Source of the DNA: Myxococcota bacterium
Lineage (GTDB): Bacteria > Myxococcota_A > Polyangia > Nannocystales > Nannocystaceae
Length of the DNA: 64,000 nt
Assembly: GCA_039028615.1 (NCBI GenBank)
Contig: JBCCHT010000001.1
Location: 288,001 to 352,000, forward strand
Reading direction: 5' to 3'
Shown here: piece by piece, positions 60,643 through 64,000 of the stretch
How the letters are laid out: each line of letters begins with the position of its first letter
Position numbering within the stretch: the stretch's first letter is position 1
Notes under the pieces: model-generated
What the model was told of the DNA's origin: nothing
Database searches by the model: none
Seen by the model: only the letters and a program-made list of their open reading frames with translations
Position numbers and translations under genes: made by a program

Positions 60643-61680
60643 ATGAGCACCACCATGATCCAAGGCATAGACGTCAGCGATGCCCAAGGCACCATCGACT
60701 ACTCCGCGCTCAGCGGAGCAGGGTTTCGCTTCTGCATCGTCAAGGCGACCGAGGGTGCGGACTACCAGAGCAGCCGTTGGGTCTCCAATATGGAGGCGAT
60801 AGCTCAGCTCGACGCGGGTACCAATTTCTTCGCCGGGGCCTATCACTTTGGCCGCCCCGACAACCGCAGCGGGCAATCGGGCGGTGAGACCGAGGGCAAG
60901 TGGTTCAGCCAGGTCCTCAAACAAACCGCCGCGAGCGTGGGCTTTTCGCTCACCGAGAATTTCATCGAGCCCGTGCTCGACATGGAGAAGTACAACGAAG
61001 ACGGCGCGGAGCTGAACAACGCCTGGATTCAGGGGTTTCTCAACGTGCTCCAACAGGAGACGGGCCGCAAGGGCATGATTTATACGGGCCCCAGCTACTG
61101 GCGCTATCAACAGGGCAACACCGAGCAGTTCGCCCAAGCCGGTATCCCGCTATGGGAGGTCTCCTACAGCAGCCATGGCGCCGATCCCTCCGCCACCCCA
61201 CCTCGTTTGCCCACCGATACATCCAAATCAGTGTGGGACGCTACTTTATGGCAATGGAGCGGAGGCGGGGATTTCAATCACTATGGGACCGTCCCCGGGG
61301 TCCCCAGTGGGGTGGCGGATGTGGACCGGGTCATGGGTGACGAGTCCACGCTCATGACGCTCGCTGCGGCCGGCGGCTCCAGCTCGACCGGAAGTCAAAC
61401 TGGGGGTTCCACGCCACAGTGGAACACTCTGCCCGAAAACGACCTGCGCGATTTGAGAGGCCAGCACAGCAGCTTCACCGCCCGCGTACAGGGCCTGCTC
61501 CTTTCACAAGATTACGGACCCCATGGGCTCGTTGCCTCGAGTACCGGTCGACCCGATGGCATCAGTGGAGACAGTACCGAATCGGCACTGAGCTCGTTCA
61601 AGGGCAAGGTCGGTCTACCCGCCAACACCATGGTGGACCAAGAGACATGGTGGCAGCTCGTTCAGCATGGTCTCGATTGA
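60643..61680 (+). CDS. GH25 muramidase with a C-terminal peptidoglycan-binding-like domain
   Basis: GIDVS, KATEG, GAYHF, LDME, IYT, WQWS. Confidence 0.9.
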   Translation: MSTTMIQGIDVSDAQGTIDYSALSGAGFRFCIVKATEGADYQSSRWVSNMEAIAQLDAGTNFFAGAYHFGRPDNRSGQSGGETEGKWFSQVLKQTAASVGFSLTENFIEPVLDMEKYNEDGAELNNAWIQGFLNVLQQETGRKGMIYTGPSYWRYQQGNTEQFAQAGIPLWEVSYSSHGADPSATPPRLPTDTSKSVWDATLWQWSGGGDFNHYGTVPGVPSGVADVDRVMGDESTLMTLAAAGGSSSTGSQTGGSTPQWNTLPENDLRDLRGQHSSFTARVQGLLLSQDYGPHGLVASSTGRPDGISGDSTESALSSFKGKVGLPANTMVDQETWWQLVQHGLD

Positions 61681-62159
61681 AAGGCGATGTAATCGGGCCC
61701 GAAAGACGTAGAAGGGCCGAGCAAAGACGCGCACAACCATCGTCGTGAAAGAACGCGAAGCAAGGGTCCTGGCGCGAGGCTGAAACGCAGGGCCCTTGCA
61801 GCGCGAAGGAGGATGCACGCCCGCGGCGAAGCGGTACGTCGAGGGCTACGAGGTTTTGTGATCCGTGCGGGCACGAGGGTCACTCCCTCGAAGGTGAACC
61901 ACCCGTTTGCACGAGCTCGACTCGCCGAAGTCATCGCGACGATGGCGAGTCGCGGAATCGGTCATCGACACTCGATGACGTCGCTCGCTGCACGCCAATC
62001 ACCCGTCGGATCGTGGTTCACATTCCTATCCGTCGGGCGTCAGCACATGTACTCTCAACGCCCGAGACGAGGAAGCCGACGTGTTGGTCGGGTCCCGTCT
62101 CGCGCTGGGTTCGCTCGCCCTCGGGCGTATTGAGTGGTCGCCGACCGGGTGCATGTTCA

Positions 62160-62792
62160 ATGATCACTGATGTCGCAACTCCTGCCTGGGCCGAGGCACC
62201 GACCCAACGCGAACAAGCGCGTCGCAAACGGGCCCTACGTAGGGAAAGGCGACGGAATTCGCGGAAAGAGACGGTCGAGCCCTCCGACCGTTGGCGTGCC
62301 TGGATCGACAATCGAGACATGCTCTACCGCCGCTGTCTCGGCTGGACCAACGGCAATATCACCGAGACCGAAGACCTGCTCGGACAACTGCTCATGCGAC
62401 TCCTTCGCGTCGAGCCTTCCGAGTTTGAACAGGTCAAGTCACCGCGCGCCTGGATGACTCGCATCCTCCGGCACCTGTATGTCGACTTGGTCCGCGGCAA
62501 CTCACGTGCCCACGCCCATGACCTCGAAGTCGAACGCATGCTCCACGGTGGTGGCGGCGGCGACCCGGCCAACGAGGTCTGGCGCGGAGAGCTTTCCGAA
62601 GCGCTCCAATGTGCCATCGACGAACTTCCCTCCTCGCTGCGCGAGCCTCTCATTCAGCGTCATATCGACGGGCTCGGCTACCAACAAATCGCGAGCTGTC
62701 ACAAAATTACCGTTCCCACGGCTCGCAAGCGCTGCCAGCTGGCTCGTGACCGCATTCGGCAGTCGCTCAAGAACACTCTGTCACCGACCTGA
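62160..62792 (+). CDS. ECF RNA polymerase sigma factor
   Basis: EDLL, PRAWMTRILR..YVD, GYQQIA, LARDRIR. Confidence 0.8.
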   Translation: MITDVATPAWAEAPTQREQARRKRALRRERRRNSRKETVEPSDRWRAWIDNRDMLYRRCLGWTNGNITETEDLLGQLLMRLLRVEPSEFEQVKSPRAWMTRILRHLYVDLVRGNSRAHAHDLEVERMLHGGGGGDPANEVWRGELSEALQCAIDELPSSLREPLIQRHIDGLGYQQIASCHKITVPTARKRCQLARDRIRQSLKNTLSPT

Positions 62793-62798
62793 GGGCAC

Positions 62799-63989
62799 AT
62801 GAGCAACATCCGCGTAACGCTGGCCATTCACTGGGAAGGTCGTCACCTCGACGGCGTCAAGCACTTCGCACAAGACCGCAAGCGCCTGATCCCGGGAATC
62901 CCCGTCACTCACTTCGTCTCGGCCGCCTACTTTGCCCGCGGCGGTGACATCGAGGAAATCGTCAAAGCCATGCTCCCGGCGTTCGAGAGCAATGACGAAA
63001 TCGCGCTGCACGTGCCCGCCTGGCAGAGCATTCGCGGGGCGAGGCACGAGCCGAGCCGCTCGGTCATCGTCGGTGACGACCCCGAGCTGGTCGTCGAGTA
63101 CCCCGGCATCACGGCGCAGCCCGACCGCGGCTACACCTACCCGATTTCGGCGTACGAGAAGCCGTCGATCGAGTCCTTCATCGTCACCTCCAAGCTGCTG
63201 CTGCGGCCCCTGCTGCAGGCGGTGGTGCTGCGGCGCGGGCTGAACATCGAACGAGTACTGCGAGGCATCCGAGCCGGCCACGGCATGGCCTCCGACGTGT
63301 TCTTGGTCGCCGCCTGCAACTCCGGCTTCAAGTACGACGCGTCGGGGATGGACGCGGTGTGGGCCCGCGACTCGGCCGACCGCGCCGAAGCGGAGGCCAA
63401 GCGAGGCGAGCAACTCTTCGCTCCGCTATGGCGCCATTGGGCCGACCTTTGGGGCTCGACCGAACAGAACGAGCCGCACCTCAGCAACCACGGCATGCGA
63501 GCAGGCACGGGGGGCGCGGGCATCAACGCCAGCACGCAGCCCTTCTTCATCGCTCGCGCCGGCGGCTCGCAGCTGCTCGAGCTGCCGGTCAATGGCGGGG
63601 TCGTGCCCCCGGCGAGCCCGCAGCACGTCGCCGAGCTGCTCACCAATGCGCTCGAGTCTCCCCCGGGAGTCCCGCGGATCGTGAGCATCGCCCTGCGCCA
63701 GGAGACGGCCGAGCACAGCCTCGACGCACTGATGGCGGTCGAGGCCCTGCACTCCCAGCGCATCCGGTGGACCACCAACGTCGACCTGCTCGAGGCGTTG
63801 CTCGGCAAGCCGGCCATCGCCGAGCCCGAGCCCCAGCGCCCCTTCCAAGTCATCCGCGAGCAGATGGCCAAGCACCTCCCCATCAACGTTCCGCTCGCGC
63901 AGCACGGCGCACCTCCGCAGGCGCCGGCCGGGCCCGTCGCCCCGCCCGTCGTGATTCCGAGCATTCAGGTTCCGCAGATCAAGACCTGA
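62799..63989 (+). CDS. Polysaccharide deacetylase-fold hypothetical protein
   Basis: PVTHF, EIALHV, IRAG, GFKYDAS; degenerate metal motifs. Confidence 0.55.
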   Translation: MSNIRVTLAIHWEGRHLDGVKHFAQDRKRLIPGIPVTHFVSAAYFARGGDIEEIVKAMLPAFESNDEIALHVPAWQSIRGARHEPSRSVIVGDDPELVVEYPGITAQPDRGYTYPISAYEKPSIESFIVTSKLLLRPLLQAVVLRRGLNIERVLRGIRAGHGMASDVFLVAACNSGFKYDASGMDAVWARDSADRAEAEAKRGEQLFAPLWRHWADLWGSTEQNEPHLSNHGMRAGTGGAGINASTQPFFIARAGGSQLLELPVNGGVVPPASPQHVAELLTNALESPPGVPRIVSIALRQETAEHSLDALMAVEALHSQRIRWTTNVDLLEALLGKPAIAEPEPQRPFQVIREQMAKHLPINVPLAQHGAPPQAPAGPVAPPVVIPSIQVPQIKT

Positions 63990-64000
63990 ACGCCCACCCC

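Overview
GC-rich bacterial DNA. The gene content (TPR Ser/Thr kinases, Cys-rich lipoproteins, TIGR04552-like protein, Myxococcus-type LexA box) points to a myxobacterium, probably Nannocystaceae-like; this is inference. 1-19.1 kb is a candidate biosynthetic gene cluster: a stand-alone LanB glutamylation-domain enzyme (PEARL-like) interleaved with F420 pathway genes (cofC, cofD, cofE, cofG, cofH, npdG), an LLM oxidoreductase, two amide ligases (RimK-like ATP-grasp, GCS2-like), three amide hydrolases (ArgE/M20, PepP/M24, C26), a methyltransferase, an SDR and an enolase-superfamily enzyme. 19.4-27.7 kb holds accessory genes and two transposase-end remnants, ending at a solitary tRNA-Ile(GAT). 28-43 kb is core-like (two cyclophilins, TonB-like protein, lexA, GGDEF protein, ftsB, GST, exbBD, tRNA-Ala) and contains a 1.45-kb intergenic element made of long inverted repeats around a 129/130-bp tandem array. 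43-64 kb has lipoproteins, an L7/L12 paralog, kinases and ECF sigmas, and a thiol-redox locus. That locus includes a probable selenoprotein (in-frame UGA in a UxxC motif followed by a SECIS-like hairpin), which the ORF track splits in two. All family assignments come from motif recognition by eye, not from database searches.
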